This document shows, piece by piece, positions 1 to 10,382 of a stretch of 64,000 nt of DNA. A program made the position numbers and the translations under genes. This stretch comes from Bacteriovoracaceae bacterium (GTDB lineage Bacteria; Bdellovibrionota; Bacteriovoracia; Bacteriovoracales; Bacteriovoracaceae): contig JBLWTJ010000002.1 of the NCBI GenBank assembly GCA_048270185.1, forward strand, positions 416,001 to 480,000, written 5' to 3'. The notes beneath the pieces were generated by a model. That model saw only the letters and a program-made list of their open reading frames with translations. It ran no database searches and was not told the DNA's origin. The first letter of the stretch is position 1. Every line of letters starts with the position of its first letter.

Positions 1-1477
1 TAAAGATTCCTGCCAAAATCCTTTCGGCAGTTGCAGCTTCTAGGTCATCAGGAACAATTTCACCTGTTCCAAAAAACTTATATGGTAACGAGTTGAAGTC
101 GATTGCTAAATTAAAGAGTGATCCGTAATTCAGGCACTGATCCAAGTGTGTTACCACTAAACCATTAGCAATATTTGCATAACGATTTAGTACTTTTCTA
201 TTATACAACTCTGTATTGATTCCCGATAGACAGATTAAAACTTCCACATTTTCAAAAGAGCGTTTTAAACCATCCACGAACTTCTTGATTTCATTGAGTT
301 CTTGGTTTTGTGCCTTATAGTCAATAAAAACATTCTTCTTTGTTTCAATTGATTTTCGAGTAGTTGCAACAATTTCAGAAATTGTTTCACATACGCTCGA
401 CTCAACATTAAAGAATTTTTCAGAAAAACTTGTATTATCTTTATATCCTACTCTTCCCTTATTTCTGATGATTACAGAATCATCTTTAAGAGCTGAAAGC
501 TTTGTTAACATTGAGCTTTGACCACAAGTTGCATCTGAGATCATAACAGTAACTGTCTTTGATGCTTCATTATCAACAGAAGAGAACAGTGGCATCGCTG
601 TATTTACTTCGCCAAGCATTTCTTTTAGAGCAAACTCAAATACTAAATCTGGGTTTTCTTTTTCATCGTCTGATAATTCAAAATTTGCTTTTCTTACAAC
701 TTGTTGAATATATCTTTCTTCGATGTCTAAACTTCTAAAAATTGTTACCATCTCTTTAACACCAAGTGCTTGAGGCTTTGTGATTCCTTGTACACTTTGT
801 GCTAATTCATATAGCTTCTTTTCAAGATCATCAATTTTATTTCTTTGAGTTTCAATTAACTCATTCATTTCATGATTTGTTTCTTGAATTTCAACACGAT
901 TAACTTGTGTTTGTGGTTGCGCTTGAACATGAGAGCGGGCCTGAACCTGTGGTTTCTCTTCAAAATCGATTTCTTCTTCAAGAGAGAAGTCACCATTTAA
1001 GAAATCATTAAAGCTTTCAGAGTTAGCATTGGCCGTCGCCTTCTTCACTTCTTCACGATCGATAGAACTTAAGAAGTCATCAAGTCCTGAAGCTTGTGAA
1101 TTTGAAGATGAATTAGTTCTGTTTTCTTCAACAATATTAACACTCTTATTTAATCCTAAGTTACCATATCCACCAGCAGATGGATTAGCAGCAGCTTGGT
1201 TCTGGTCGTGTGAATTAATCATATTTGCGATATAAGACGAATTATTTTGATAAAAAGATTGTTTTTGATCTTGTGAGAGGACATTATCGACACGTGCTTT
1301 CTTTGTGTAGTTCTTTTCAGAGATAGCGGCCGTAATTTCGATTTTCTTCTTTTTAAATGCGCCTTTAATTCCTTTATTCGTTTGAGTCTTAAGAATAATT
1401 GCATCAGGTCCCAGCTCGGCCTTAATATTCGCTAGCGCCTCATCTAAAGAATCTGCTTCAAATTTTCTTACGTACAT
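1..1477 (-). CDS. flhF: Flagellar biosynthesis protein FlhF-like (runs off window edge; GTPase motifs degenerate)
   Basis: Not in the ORF track. Hand translation from ATG at 1477 gives MYVRKFEADSLDEALANIKAELGPDAIILKT (FlhF N-terminus); the same frame ends ...FFGTGEIVPDDLEAATAERILAGIF. Lies directly downstream of flhA. Confidence 0.85.
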   Translation of the reverse strand, partial: MYVRKFEADSLDEALANIKAELGPDAIILKTQTNKGIKGAFKKKKIEITAAISEKNYTKKARVDNVLSQDQKQSFYQNNSSYIANMINSHDQNQAAANPSAGGYGNLGLNKSVNIVEENRTNSSSNSQASGLDDFLSSIDREEVKKATANANSESFNDFLNGDFSLEEEIDFEEKPQVQARSHVQAQPQTQVNRVEIQETNHEMNELIETQRNKIDDLEKKLYELAQSVQGITKPQALGVKEMVTIFRSLDIEERYIQQVVRKANFELSDDEKENPDLVFEFALKEMLGEVNTAMPLFSSVDNEASKTVTVMISDATCGQSSMLTKLSALKDDSVIIRNKGRVGYKDNTSFSEKFFNVESSVCETISEIVATTRKSIETKKNVFIDYKAQNQELNEIKKFVDGLKRSFENVEVLICLSGINTELYNRKVLNRYANIANGLVVTHLDQCLNYGSLFNLAIDFNSLPYKFFGTGEIVPDDLEAATAERILAGIF

Positions 1478-1478
1478 C

Positions 1479-3554
1479 CTATAACCTCACCGTTCCAAGC
1501 GATCTAATATTCACATCCGGGCTTAACTCATTATGACTTACTACAATTAAGTTTGGTATGAATTTTTCTGTTAATTTCTTAAAGTGGCCACGGATAACTG
1601 GGGAACAAAGAACAACCATCTTCTCACCCATATTTGTTGCCTCCTCTATTTTCTCATTTAAACTGGCCAAAATCGATTGGGTAATTCTTGGGTCTAAAGA
1701 AACTTGTTGACCATTTTCAGTTTGTATGAGATTGCCCGCAACCTGTTCTTCAATTTTACGATCTAGTGTGAATATAGGCAAATCACCATTGGCAGACTTA
1801 ATTGATTCAGTGATAGTGCGGTATAACGATTGTCTGACATTTTCTGTCAGGAGTTCTGTATCTTTAATTTTGGTCCCATATTCAGATAGAGACTCTAAAA
1901 TTGTTCTAAGATCGCGAATGGAAACATTTTCCCTCAGTAAATTTTGAAGTACTTTTAAAACCGACCCAAGAGGTAGGATATCTGGAACAAGGTCTGCAAC
2001 AATCTTAGGATAGTGCTCTTTGAAGTTATCAAGAACACGTACAAGTTCTTGACGACCAAATAATTCGTGAAGATTCGTTCTAAGTATCTCTGTTAAGTGA
2101 GTTGCAAGTACAGTTGAAAGGTCAACAACTGTATAGCCATTGAATCCAGCATCATCTTTTTGATCTTCTGTAATCCAAACGGCCGGAAGTCCGAAGACTG
2201 GCTCAATTGTCTCCATTCCATCAATTTTTTCAATTACACTTCCTGGATCCATGGCCAAGTAGTGATCAGGAACAAGCTCACCTTGAGCAACTTCAATCCC
2301 CTTTATCTTAAGAGAGTATCCTCCAGGGGCCAATTCTAAATTATCCTTAATTCGCACAGATGGAATAATAACCCCCCAGTCTAGTGCAAATTGCTTTCTC
2401 ATATAAGTAATACGTTCAAGTAGATCACCATTTTGAGATGAATCCACAAGATTAACCAGTCCATATCCAACTTCAAGTTCAACAAGTTCAAGATTAAGAA
2501 GATCTTCAAGAGAGTCAGGAGTTGCCTTCTTCTCTTCTTCAACATTAACCTCAGCAGCAAGGGCCGCAGCTTCTTTTGTATTCTCCATTCTATTGGAAAC
2601 GTAAAGCATAGCAAGCCCAACAGTAATGAATGGCAACTTTGGAAGCCCTGGAATAAGAGAGAAAATTAATAGAACACAACCTGCAATAAGCACAGCTTTT
2701 GGGTGTAAGCTAAATTGCTTACTCATCTGCTCACCTAGATTATCTTCACTTGTATTTCTTGTAGCGATAATACCAGCTGCGGTCGAGATGATTAGAGCTG
2801 GAATTTGTGAAACAAGTCCATCCCCAACAGTTAGGAGTGTATAAGTTTCAGCAGCACTTCCAAAGCTCATCTTATACTGACCAACACCTACGATGATCCC
2901 ACCGATGATATTGATAGCAGTGATAAGAATACCAGCGATGGCATCTCCTCGAACGAATTTCGAAGCACCATCCATAGACCCGTAAAAGTCAGCTTCTTCA
3001 GCTACTTCAGAACGTCTTCTTTTTGCTTCTTCATCATTAATAAGTCCAGCATTTAAGTCAGCATCAATTGCCATCTGCTTACCAGGCATCGCATCTAACG
3101 TGAAACGTGCACCAACTTCAGCAACCCTACCGGCACCTTTTGTAATAACCATGAAGTTGATAATTACTAAGATAATGAAGACGATGATCCCAACTACAAA
3201 ATTTCCTTCAACAACGAATTCACCGAAACTTCTGATGATCTCACCAGCAGCACTTGTACCTTCACTTCCTGAGCGAAGAAGAATGTTACGTGTTGAGGCA
3301 ACGTTAAGAGAAAGTCTAAATAGAGTTGTCACTAGAAGAACAGCAGGAAATGTCGAGAAATCAAGTGGCTTCTTTGTATAAACAGAAACTAAAAGAATAA
3401 TAATTGCAAATGATAATGTGATTGCAAGAAGTAAGTCTAATACGATTGGTGGAACAGGAATAATCATTACAGCAAGAACTGCTAATATACCAATGGCCAC
3501 TGCCAGATCTGAATTTTCCGTGAGAACTTTTAGTCTCTTAAAGATACCATCCAT
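1479..3554 (-). CDS. flhA: Flagellar export gate protein FlhA
   Basis: FHIPEP motifs RVAEVGARFTLDAMPGKQMAIDADL and FYGSMDGASKFVRGDA; 691 aa. Confidence 0.97.
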   Translation of the reverse strand: MDGIFKRLKVLTENSDLAVAIGILAVLAVMIIPVPPIVLDLLLAITLSFAIIILLVSVYTKKPLDFSTFPAVLLVTTLFRLSLNVASTRNILLRSGSEGTSAAGEIIRSFGEFVVEGNFVVGIIVFIILVIINFMVITKGAGRVAEVGARFTLDAMPGKQMAIDADLNAGLINDEEAKRRRSEVAEEADFYGSMDGASKFVRGDAIAGILITAINIIGGIIVGVGQYKMSFGSAAETYTLLTVGDGLVSQIPALIISTAAGIIATRNTSEDNLGEQMSKQFSLHPKAVLIAGCVLLIFSLIPGLPKLPFITVGLAMLYVSNRMENTKEAAALAAEVNVEEEKKATPDSLEDLLNLELVELEVGYGLVNLVDSSQNGDLLERITYMRKQFALDWGVIIPSVRIKDNLELAPGGYSLKIKGIEVAQGELVPDHYLAMDPGSVIEKIDGMETIEPVFGLPAVWITEDQKDDAGFNGYTVVDLSTVLATHLTEILRTNLHELFGRQELVRVLDNFKEHYPKIVADLVPDILPLGSVLKVLQNLLRENVSIRDLRTILESLSEYGTKIKDTELLTENVRQSLYRTITESIKSANGDLPIFTLDRKIEEQVAGNLIQTENGQQVSLDPRITQSILASLNEKIEEATNMGEKMVVLCSPVIRGHFKKLTEKFIPNLIVVSHNELSPDVNIRSLGTVRL

Positions 3555-3562
3555 GAATTATC

Positions 3563-4639
3563 CTAACTTATTGCTTTATTCTTTCTTTTTAATTTATATA
3601 CAAATGCTAATACTTCAGCGACTGCCTTATAAAGTGTACGAGGAACACCTTCTCCCACTTTTACTGATTTATATAGGGCCCTTGCTAAAGGTACATTTTC
3701 AACGATTGGAATATTGTGCTCTTTTGCAATCTCTCTAATTTTCATTGCAAGGTGGTCTGCACCTTTCCCAACAATTCCAGGAGCAACCATTGTTTCTTGA
3801 TCATACTTAAGAACAATTGATATGTGAGTTGGGTTTGTAATAATAACGTCTGCCGTTGGGATGTCCGCAAGCATTCTTTTCTGAGCTTGTTCTCTTTGAA
3901 TTTGACGAATTCGTTGCTTAACTTCAGGTGAACCATCTTGCTCTTTAGACTCTTTCTTCACTTCTTCTTTTGTCATCATCAGTTTCTTCTTATGAGCAAA
4001 CTTTTGATAAGCAAAATCAGCAATAGCGATAATAACGAGTCCTGCGAGAATAGCAAAACCAAGCTTAATAAGAATATCTTTTCCAATCATAAAAGCTTGG
4101 AAGAAATCAATGTGTAAGAAGCCGACAAATTGAGTGATATCATCTTTCATATAGAGATAGACAATACCTAGAATAAAAATAAATTTAAAAACACCCTTTA
4201 TCGCCTCAACCACGGCCTTCATTGAGAATAGTCGCTTCATCCCTTTGATTGGATCGATACGGTCAGGCTTCCATTCAAGAACATCTGGTGCGAAAATAAA
4301 GCCGATTTGAGCAACGTTTGCAATAATACCAGAACAAAGAGCAACAAGACATACCGGAGCGGCACATACAAGAGCAGTCGTCGCCGTTTTATTAACAATT
4401 GTCTTTAGTGATTTTTCAGTAAATGCAGTTGAACTATCAAGATGCATAATCCAACGTATAAACTCTTCCATCTCTTGATAAACGAAAAGAAGTGATAGAC
4501 CTAGAGTCATGATACAAGCAGACAGCACCAACACACTTGTTAGTTCTTTTGATGAAGCAACTTCCCCCTTCCTCTTTGATTCGTCGATCTTATGCTGGGA
4601 AGGGTCTTCCGTTTTTTCTTGGTCTGTATCTTCTGCCAC
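3563..4639 (-). CDS. flhB: Flagellar export switch protein FlhB
   Basis: N-terminal EKTE motif, NPTH autocleavage site, VENVPLARALY. Confidence 0.97.
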   Translation of the reverse strand: MAEDTDQEKTEDPSQHKIDESKRKGEVASSKELTSVLVLSACIMTLGLSLLFVYQEMEEFIRWIMHLDSSTAFTEKSLKTIVNKTATTALVCAAPVCLVALCSGIIANVAQIGFIFAPDVLEWKPDRIDPIKGMKRLFSMKAVVEAIKGVFKFIFILGIVYLYMKDDITQFVGFLHIDFFQAFMIGKDILIKLGFAILAGLVIIAIADFAYQKFAHKKKLMMTKEEVKKESKEQDGSPEVKQRIRQIQREQAQKRMLADIPTADVIITNPTHISIVLKYDQETMVAPGIVGKGADHLAMKIREIAKEHNIPIVENVPLARALYKSVKVGEGVPRTLYKAVAEVLAFVYKLKRKNKAIS

Positions 4640-4647
4640 GCTTTATC

Positions 4648-5424
4648 CTATAAAATAAAGTTAAACCACTCACCGAGACGGTCAGTGTACATTTTAAATG
4701 CAACATGAAAGAACTCATCGCTTGTTGCCGTAAATACTAGTAGACCTAGGCCAATATTGACGACAAAGCTAACCATAATGATATTCATTTGTGGAACAGT
4801 ACGAGCAATAATTCCGAGAACTGTACTGATGAGCATATTTGTAAAAATTAATGGTGTCGCAAGCATAATAGCGGCGACAAAAATTGACTTGAAAGCTTCA
4901 ATATAAAAGATATGAGACTTTGCAAATACTCCCATATCGTAGACATGAATAGTATAGAAGGACTGAAAAATCCCTTTAAACATTGGTAAAAGTGCACCTG
5001 AAGAAATAACCATAACAAGAACAGTCCATTGTATGAGTTTTTCGAAAGGACCCACCTGCTGACCCGAAGACGGATCAAAGTAGCGAATCGCTGCAAATCC
5101 AATTTGCTGAGTAATAATACTCCCTGCTGACAGGAAGATACCCATAATTGATTTTACCAAATAACCGATCACCAATCCAATTAGTGTGTAAATAATAGTG
5201 AGTGCCCAGAAATGATCTTTTCCTACGTACATAATGTCTTTAATAACTTCCCCTTGAATATATGGGTAGAAGCAAAAACTCATGACAAGCGTCGATAATA
5301 TCTTTACCATCATCGGGATTGGTAAGTTATCGTAAATAGGTAATTGGAAATTAATAGCAAGTAATCTGGTAAAGATTAACCAGAAGGCAATGATTGGGAC
5401 AATGTCAGTGATTTGAATTGTCAT
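4648..5424 (-). CDS. fliR: Flagellar export protein FliR
   Basis: Hydrophobic 258 aa, GIIARTVPQMN motif, located between fliQ and flhB. Confidence 0.93.
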   Translation of the reverse strand: MTIQITDIVPIIAFWLIFTRLLAINFQLPIYDNLPIPMMVKILSTLVMSFCFYPYIQGEVIKDIMYVGKDHFWALTIIYTLIGLVIGYLVKSIMGIFLSAGSIITQQIGFAAIRYFDPSSGQQVGPFEKLIQWTVLVMVISSGALLPMFKGIFQSFYTIHVYDMGVFAKSHIFYIEAFKSIFVAAIMLATPLIFTNMLISTVLGIIARTVPQMNIIMVSFVVNIGLGLLVFTATSDEFFHVAFKMYTDRLGEWFNFIL

Positions 5425-5433
5425 CGACTAAAC

Positions 5434-5703
5434 CTACCTACCAGTTACGAGACTTGGAATACTGATAATTAATTCTCTAGTAAAAGTTGTTAATTGATCC
5501 GACATCCACGGTGCCGTTAAAACAAGAGCTCCAATGATGACAAGAATCTTAGGAATAAATGAGAGCGTTTGCTCATTGATTTGAGTTACTGCTTGAAAGA
5601 TCGAAACAAGAATACCCATAAAGAGTGCTCCTGCTAGCATCGGAGCTGAGATCATCAGACCAATTGTTACCGCTTGTCTTGCAATGTCTGAAAAAAAGTC
5701 CAT
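5434..5703 (-). CDS. fliQ: Flagellar export protein FliQ
   Basis: FQAVTQINEQTLSFIPK signature. Confidence 0.96.
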   Translation of the reverse strand: MDFFSDIARQAVTIGLMISAPMLAGALFMGILVSIFQAVTQINEQTLSFIPKILVIIGALVLTAPWMSDQLTTFTRELIISIPSLVTGR

Positions 5704-5711
5704 GTCGTCTC

Positions 5712-6464
5712 CTAATTAAATGATCTAAGTAATGAACCTGTTACTAGCTGCCAGCCATCAACAAGAACAAAGAGTAATAATTTAAATGGAAGTGAGATTA
5801 CAACCGGAGGTAGCATCATCATCCCCATCGCCATTAAAACTGAAGCAACAACCATATCTAGAATTAGAAATGGAATATATAGTAAGAAGCCAATTTGAAA
5901 GGCCGTCTTAAGCTCTGAAATAATAAAAGCTGGAATTAAAAAGTGAATAGGAACATCATTAATCGATTGAGGAGCTGTTCTTCCTGTCACATCGTAGAAA
6001 AGTCCGATATCAGCTTTTCTAACTTGCTTATTCATAAACCCTCTAAGTGCCCCTTCAATTCGGTCAATGGCCAGAGTTGTTGTAATTTTCTTATCAAGAT
6101 AAGGCTTAACAGCATTGGCATAAATATCTTCACCAGTTGGCTGCATAACAAAGACAGATAAGAAAAGAGCAAATCCAACAAGTAGTTGGTTTGGTGGCAT
6201 ACTCTGTGTTCCGATTGCCTGTCTCATAAATGAAAGTACGACAATAATACGAGTGAAACATGTACAAAGAATCAAGACGGCCGGAGCTAGAGTGAGTACC
6301 GTGAAAAGAATTGTTAACTCAATTGTATCAACGAGATCAACTCCCTGTCCGAAATTAACAGAAAGACCTGGAAGTCCCAGGTTAGTTGACTGTTGAGCAT
6401 AGATTGCAGTTAGCCATCCCCCAATACTAAAAACGATTAATGCTCTTAAAAAATTCTTCATCAA
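5712..6464 (-). CDS. fliP: Flagellar export protein FliP
   Basis: FTRIIVVL, PPNQ, SELKTAFQIGF and MGMMMLPPVVISLPFKLLLFVLVDGW motifs. Confidence 0.97.
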   Translation of the reverse strand: MMKNFLRALIVFSIGGWLTAIYAQQSTNLGLPGLSVNFGQGVDLVDTIELTILFTVLTLAPAVLILCTCFTRIIVVLSFMRQAIGTQSMPPNQLLVGFALFLSVFVMQPTGEDIYANAVKPYLDKKITTTLAIDRIEGALRGFMNKQVRKADIGLFYDVTGRTAPQSINDVPIHFLIPAFIISELKTAFQIGFLLYIPFLILDMVVASVLMAMGMMMLPPVVISLPFKLLLFVLVDGWQLVTGSLLRSFN

Positions 6465-6479
6465 ACTTCCTATTTTGAC

Positions 6480-7649
6480 TTATTGTAGAGACTTCATGTC
6501 TTTAACTTTTTTCTTAATTTGTGCTGTTAAACTTACTTTCTCAGCACTATTTCCAGCGGCCTGCCCAGCAAGGCTTGCAAGGATATCTTCTTGAGAAGAT
6601 ACTGAGTTACTTGCTTCTTGCATATTTTGTGCAACTTCTTTTAACTTAAACTCTTTCGAACCAATATTGGCCATATCAAGATTTGTATCAAAGTTTGAAC
6701 CAGTTAAATTCTTCTCACCTTCTTTAAAGAAAGATGATGTATCTGTAATTTCAGTTAGAAAATCCATTCCCTTCTCAGATTGTGCCATTAAGAAAACTTG
6801 CTTTTGTACTCTAACAATTAATAGACTTCTTTTTGGACCTAAGTATGTTGTAGAAAGAACCTCAACCATCTTTGCATTCGAAAAAATACCTAATCCACCC
6901 TTCTTAATCATTCCCTTTCTAAAGAAATTCATTAAGAAGAAAATCCCCGCAGCAAAGATTGCGAAGAATCCGATAAATTTAAAGATATAAGTCGACATTT
7001 GGAAACCACCCTTTTCTACACTAGAAGAAAGAGTGCTTACACTGTCTTCAATTTTTTGTGTCTTTTCTTTTTTTAGTGCTGCAAGTGAACTTGCAGTCTG
7101 ATCTAACTTGTTTGTATTTTCTTCTTTCTTAACGACTTCTTCTTTGTCTTTAAGAAGTTTATTTAAATAACTCTCGTCATATGAATCTGCAGTCTTAACC
7201 ACTTCATTTTTTTCGATTTTCTTAGGAGCTGTTGTAACGGCAACTTGTTTAGAAGATTCTGCAATTGGGAAATACATTTTAATTTCGTTGTCATTTACTT
7301 CAAGGCTAACCTTGTCTTCCTTTCCCTTCAAATCGTAAGGTAGAATCGCACGAACACGAGCAACGTCTTTGTTAAACTGATAAGCTAGAAGCTTCGTATC
7401 GAATTTATTATTTACTGAAACTTGCTTCTCAATTTTTGGCCAAACAACTGTACCATCAAGAGCGATTTGAATAATATCGTCCTTAATTGTTAACTCAGGT
7501 GTTGTTCTAAACTTACCTTTAAGTCCTACAGTCACAACTCCAGTCTTACCATTTTTTGATAGCTTAACTTTTCCAATTTCAACTTTTGCAAAAGCATTAG
7601 CTGATAAAAGTGAAACAAGTAAAAATAATAATTTAAATTGCTTGGCCAT
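6480..7649 (-). CDS. fliO: FliO-family protein with a large N-terminal periplasmic extension
   Basis: Lies between fliN and fliP. Signal peptide, one TM helix, then FliO-like VEVLSTTYLGPKRSLLIVRVQKQVFLM. Confidence 0.75.
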   Translation of the reverse strand: MAKQFKLLFLLVSLLSANAFAKVEIGKVKLSKNGKTGVVTVGLKGKFRTTPELTIKDDIIQIALDGTVVWPKIEKQVSVNNKFDTKLLAYQFNKDVARVRAILPYDLKGKEDKVSLEVNDNEIKMYFPIAESSKQVAVTTAPKKIEKNEVVKTADSYDESYLNKLLKDKEEVVKKEENTNKLDQTASSLAALKKEKTQKIEDSVSTLSSSVEKGGFQMSTYIFKFIGFFAIFAAGIFFLMNFFRKGMIKKGGLGIFSNAKMVEVLSTTYLGPKRSLLIVRVQKQVFLMAQSEKGMDFLTEITDTSSFFKEGEKNLTGSNFDTNLDMANIGSKEFKLKEVAQNMQEASNSVSSQEDILASLAGQAAGNSAEKVSLTAQIKKKVKDMKSLQ

Positions 7650-7658
7650 AATATTTTC

Positions 7659-8042
7659 CTATTTTAGATTTTCAATTCGCTCAATTGGAGAAATGATGTC
7701 TGTTAGACGAATACCGAATTTTTCGTTAACAACAACAACTTCACCCTTCGCTACGAGTTTCCCGTTAACTAGAATCTCAAGTGGCTCACCTGCAAGCTTA
7801 TCAAGCTCAAGTACAGAACCCTGTCCTAATTGAAGTAGGTCTTTAATAATTACTTCAGTTCTTCCTAGCTCTACAGTTACCTTTAGAGGAATATCTAAGA
7901 TAAAGTCTAGGTTTTGAACTTTAAGTTTATTAATTGCATCATCACCTGCTCTGATCTCATCAGCTAGTTTTTCAACTTCCATTGTATTGAAGTTTTCTAG
8001 TCCTTGAGTTTGCTGGTTATTTAGTTCAGTTTGATCGCTCAT
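7659..8042 (-). CDS. fliN: Flagellar motor switch protein FliN
   Basis: [12 protein letters not shown]...[15 protein letters not shown]. Confidence 0.96.
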   Translation of the reverse strand: MSDQTELNNQQTQGLENFNTMEVEKLADEIRAGDDAINKLKVQNLDFILDIPLKVTVELGRTEVIIKDLLQLGQGSVLELDKLAGEPLEILVNGKLVAKGEVVVVNEKFGIRLTDIISPIERIENLK

Positions 8043-8057
8043 TTATATCTCCCTTAA

Positions 8058-9080
8058 TTAATCGACATCGATATCCATAGAAACTTTAGGTGTCTTATCA
8101 ACATGAGTGACTTGAACCGCTCGGTTTCCTTTGTAAGTTCCTATTAGGCACTTGAGTTTTTCAACTCCTTGAATCGCACCTTTTACTTCGCTTGAAGCTT
8201 CTTGATTTAGAGGAATAATATCTCCAGTTTGAAGAGTTAGAAGATCCCCTACCGTCATTTCTGCTTCACCAAGTTTCACAACGATTTCTGCTTTTGTATC
8301 CTTGATGTGCTCATTCATAGCACTAGTCCAGATACTGTCGGCCATATCATTATCAGTTTGGTAATTTGAAGATAGTTTTTGCTTAATTGGTTCAATCGTA
8401 GAATAAGGAACAACAATCATAATTGTTCCAGATGCCGATTCAAATTCAACCTCTAGAGTTGTTGCAATGATTACATCTGATGGAGGTACCACACCAACGA
8501 ATTGTGGGTTAATCTCAGTTCTTACGTATTGTGCATCAATACGGTGAACTTGTGCCCATGCTTCTTCAAGATCAGAAATGGCCATATCCATAACTTTTCT
8601 CATGAATGAAAGTTCAATTGCTGTGAATTCCTTCCCTTCGATCTTTGTGAAAGGACGATCAGTACCACCAAAGTATGAATCGATAATTGCGTAAGCAAGT
8701 TTTGATTCGAATACAAGTAGAGCTGGCCCTCTTAGTTCATTGAATTTCATAATACACATACACGAAGGTATCGGAAGTGTGTTTACGAATTCACCAAACT
8801 TCAGAAGATCGGTCGAGATCATTGAGATAGTTGAAATTTTTCTAAGAGAGTTAGATAAAGACACTCGAAATGAACGAATGAATCTTTCATAAATGATTTC
8901 GAGAATAGGCATTCGCCCACGAATAACTCGGTCTTGATTGGTCAAGTCATACGGCTGTATGTTCTCGTCTTCACCTTCATCATCGAAGTCTGCACCTTCA
9001 CCTAGAAAATCATCTGTATCACCATCGTTTACAGCGTTTAATAGAGCGTCGACTTCGTCTTGACTTAAAACCTGTGCCAT
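8058..9080 (-). CDS. fliM: Flagellar motor switch protein FliM
   Basis: MAQVLSQDEVDALL CheY-binding peptide. Start moved to ATG 9080, which follows a GGAGG RBS. Confidence 0.96.
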   Translation of the reverse strand: MAQVLSQDEVDALLNAVNDGDTDDFLGEGADFDDEGEDENIQPYDLTNQDRVIRGRMPILEIIYERFIRSFRVSLSNSLRKISTISMISTDLLKFGEFVNTLPIPSCMCIMKFNELRGPALLVFESKLAYAIIDSYFGGTDRPFTKIEGKEFTAIELSFMRKVMDMAISDLEEAWAQVHRIDAQYVRTEINPQFVGVVPPSDVIIATTLEVEFESASGTIMIVVPYSTIEPIKQKLSSNYQTDNDMADSIWTSAMNEHIKDTKAEIVVKLGEAEMTVGDLLTLQTGDIIPLNQEASSEVKGAIQGVEKLKCLIGTYKGNRAVQVTHVDKTPKVSMDIDVD

Positions 9081-9146
9081 CGTTCCCCTCCTAGGATTTG
9101 ATGATCTTGGCATCCTGCCAATAATTTAAACAAACTTATATATTAA

Positions 9147-9680
9147 CTAGTTGATCTGGAAACCAACGTAGTAAACATCTAAAACTTTTCCATCAACAAG
9201 ATATGAGTTAATTGCTGATTTGATCTCTTCCTTAAGGTATTCCTTACCTTGAACTTTTAAAAGATCTTCTGGCCTCTTAGAGTTAAGGATACTAATGATT
9301 GAATCCCTAATCTGAGGTTTTCTTGCTTTATACTCATCCTCTTTTGCTGAAAGAGATAATTTTAAAACTGCATTTAAGCGAATATATCGTTGTGGTCCGT
9401 CACCTTGTGAAAGGTTGGCCGTAAAGCTATCAAGTGGAAAGAGCTTTCCTTCTTCTTCTTGAGCTTCACCCGTCTTAACGGCTTCTTGATCTTCAGATTG
9501 TTCTTTCATCTGTGCTTTAACAATATCTTCAACTGAAGACTGAGAAGCTAGTTTCAAATGTGTCTGATACTGAAAGTAAGCGATTGCACCCATTAGAACT
9601 ATATTCAGTAGTAGAGCTACTGTTAGTAGAGGGTTTTTTCCACTTCCTTGGTTTGTATTGTCAGCACTTCCATCTGCCAT
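9147..9680 (-). CDS. fliL: Flagellar basal body protein FliL
   Basis: Single N-terminal TM helix, FTANL and PQIRDSII motifs, upstream of fliM. Confidence 0.92.
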   Translation of the reverse strand: MADGSADNTNQGSGKNPLLTVALLLNIVLMGAIAYFQYQTHLKLASQSSVEDIVKAQMKEQSEDQEAVKTGEAQEEEGKLFPLDSFTANLSQGDGPQRYIRLNAVLKLSLSAKEDEYKARKPQIRDSIISILNSKRPEDLLKVQGKEYLKEEIKSAINSYLVDGKVLDVYYVGFQIN

Positions 9681-9929
9681 AATTTATAAATCCTTTATTC
9701 ACACAGAAAAAAATTCCATTTAAAACTGTGCCTCGTCAAAAATTATACATCTAGCAGAGGTTTTCCACAAGATAGTAAAGTATGTTCTGGTATATTCTGC
9801 CCATGTATTTTGAAATATTAGCAGTTTATGGCCAGTGTAAATTTTAGATGGTGTCAAAATGTCGACGGTTATCGCTCACTTTCGGGATTGGGAGGCAAGA
9901 TTTTCCTATTTGAATCTCTCCTAAAAATA

Positions 9930-9956
9930 GAAAGGCCCCCAAATAGGAGGCCTTCT
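9930..9956. terminator. Probable intrinsic terminator downstream of the HU gene
   Basis: Imperfect hairpin AGAAAGGCCCCC-aaata-GGAGGCCTTCT. Confidence 0.5.
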
Positions 9957-9984
9957 ATATCGATCTAATTTTAAAATCTTTAAA

Positions 9985-10263
9985 TTAGAACATTTCCTTC
10001 CAAGCTTTACCTGGCTTGAATTTTGGAAGTGTCTTAGCTTTGATTTTAATTTTTTCACCAGTTGCTGGATTGATACCAGTTCTAGCTGCTCTTCTTACTT
10101 TTGTGAAAGTACCAAAACCGATTAGTGAAACATCGTCACCTTTCTTAACTGCTTTTTTGATTGTATCAAGAGTAGTTGATACGAATGCATCTGCATCTTT
10201 CTTAGTTAGGTGGCTTAATTCTTTGTTTTTTAAGATTGCTTCTACAAGTTCTTTTCTGTTCAT
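9985..10263 (-). CDS. hup: HU family DNA-binding protein
   Basis: MNRKELVEAI...GFGTF...ARTGINPATGE...PKFKPGK. Confidence 0.95.
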   Translation of the reverse strand: MNRKELVEAILKNKELSHLTKKDADAFVSTTLDTIKKAVKKGDDVSLIGFGTFTKVRRAARTGINPATGEKIKIKAKTLPKFKPGKAWKEMF

Positions 10264-10382
10264 TTTAACTCCAAATAGTTAGTTATTTAGTTGTTGTTAA
10301 AATAGGATGACGCTTGAAAGACGCTTTGACAAGGGTTTTTAGGCTTTTTTTTATTAAAAAAATATTTTTTTATTTTTTAGAG

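Noticed and set aside
9820..9836. Sigma54 promoter upstream of fliL
   Set aside because: GG and GC are 9 nt apart rather than the required 10.
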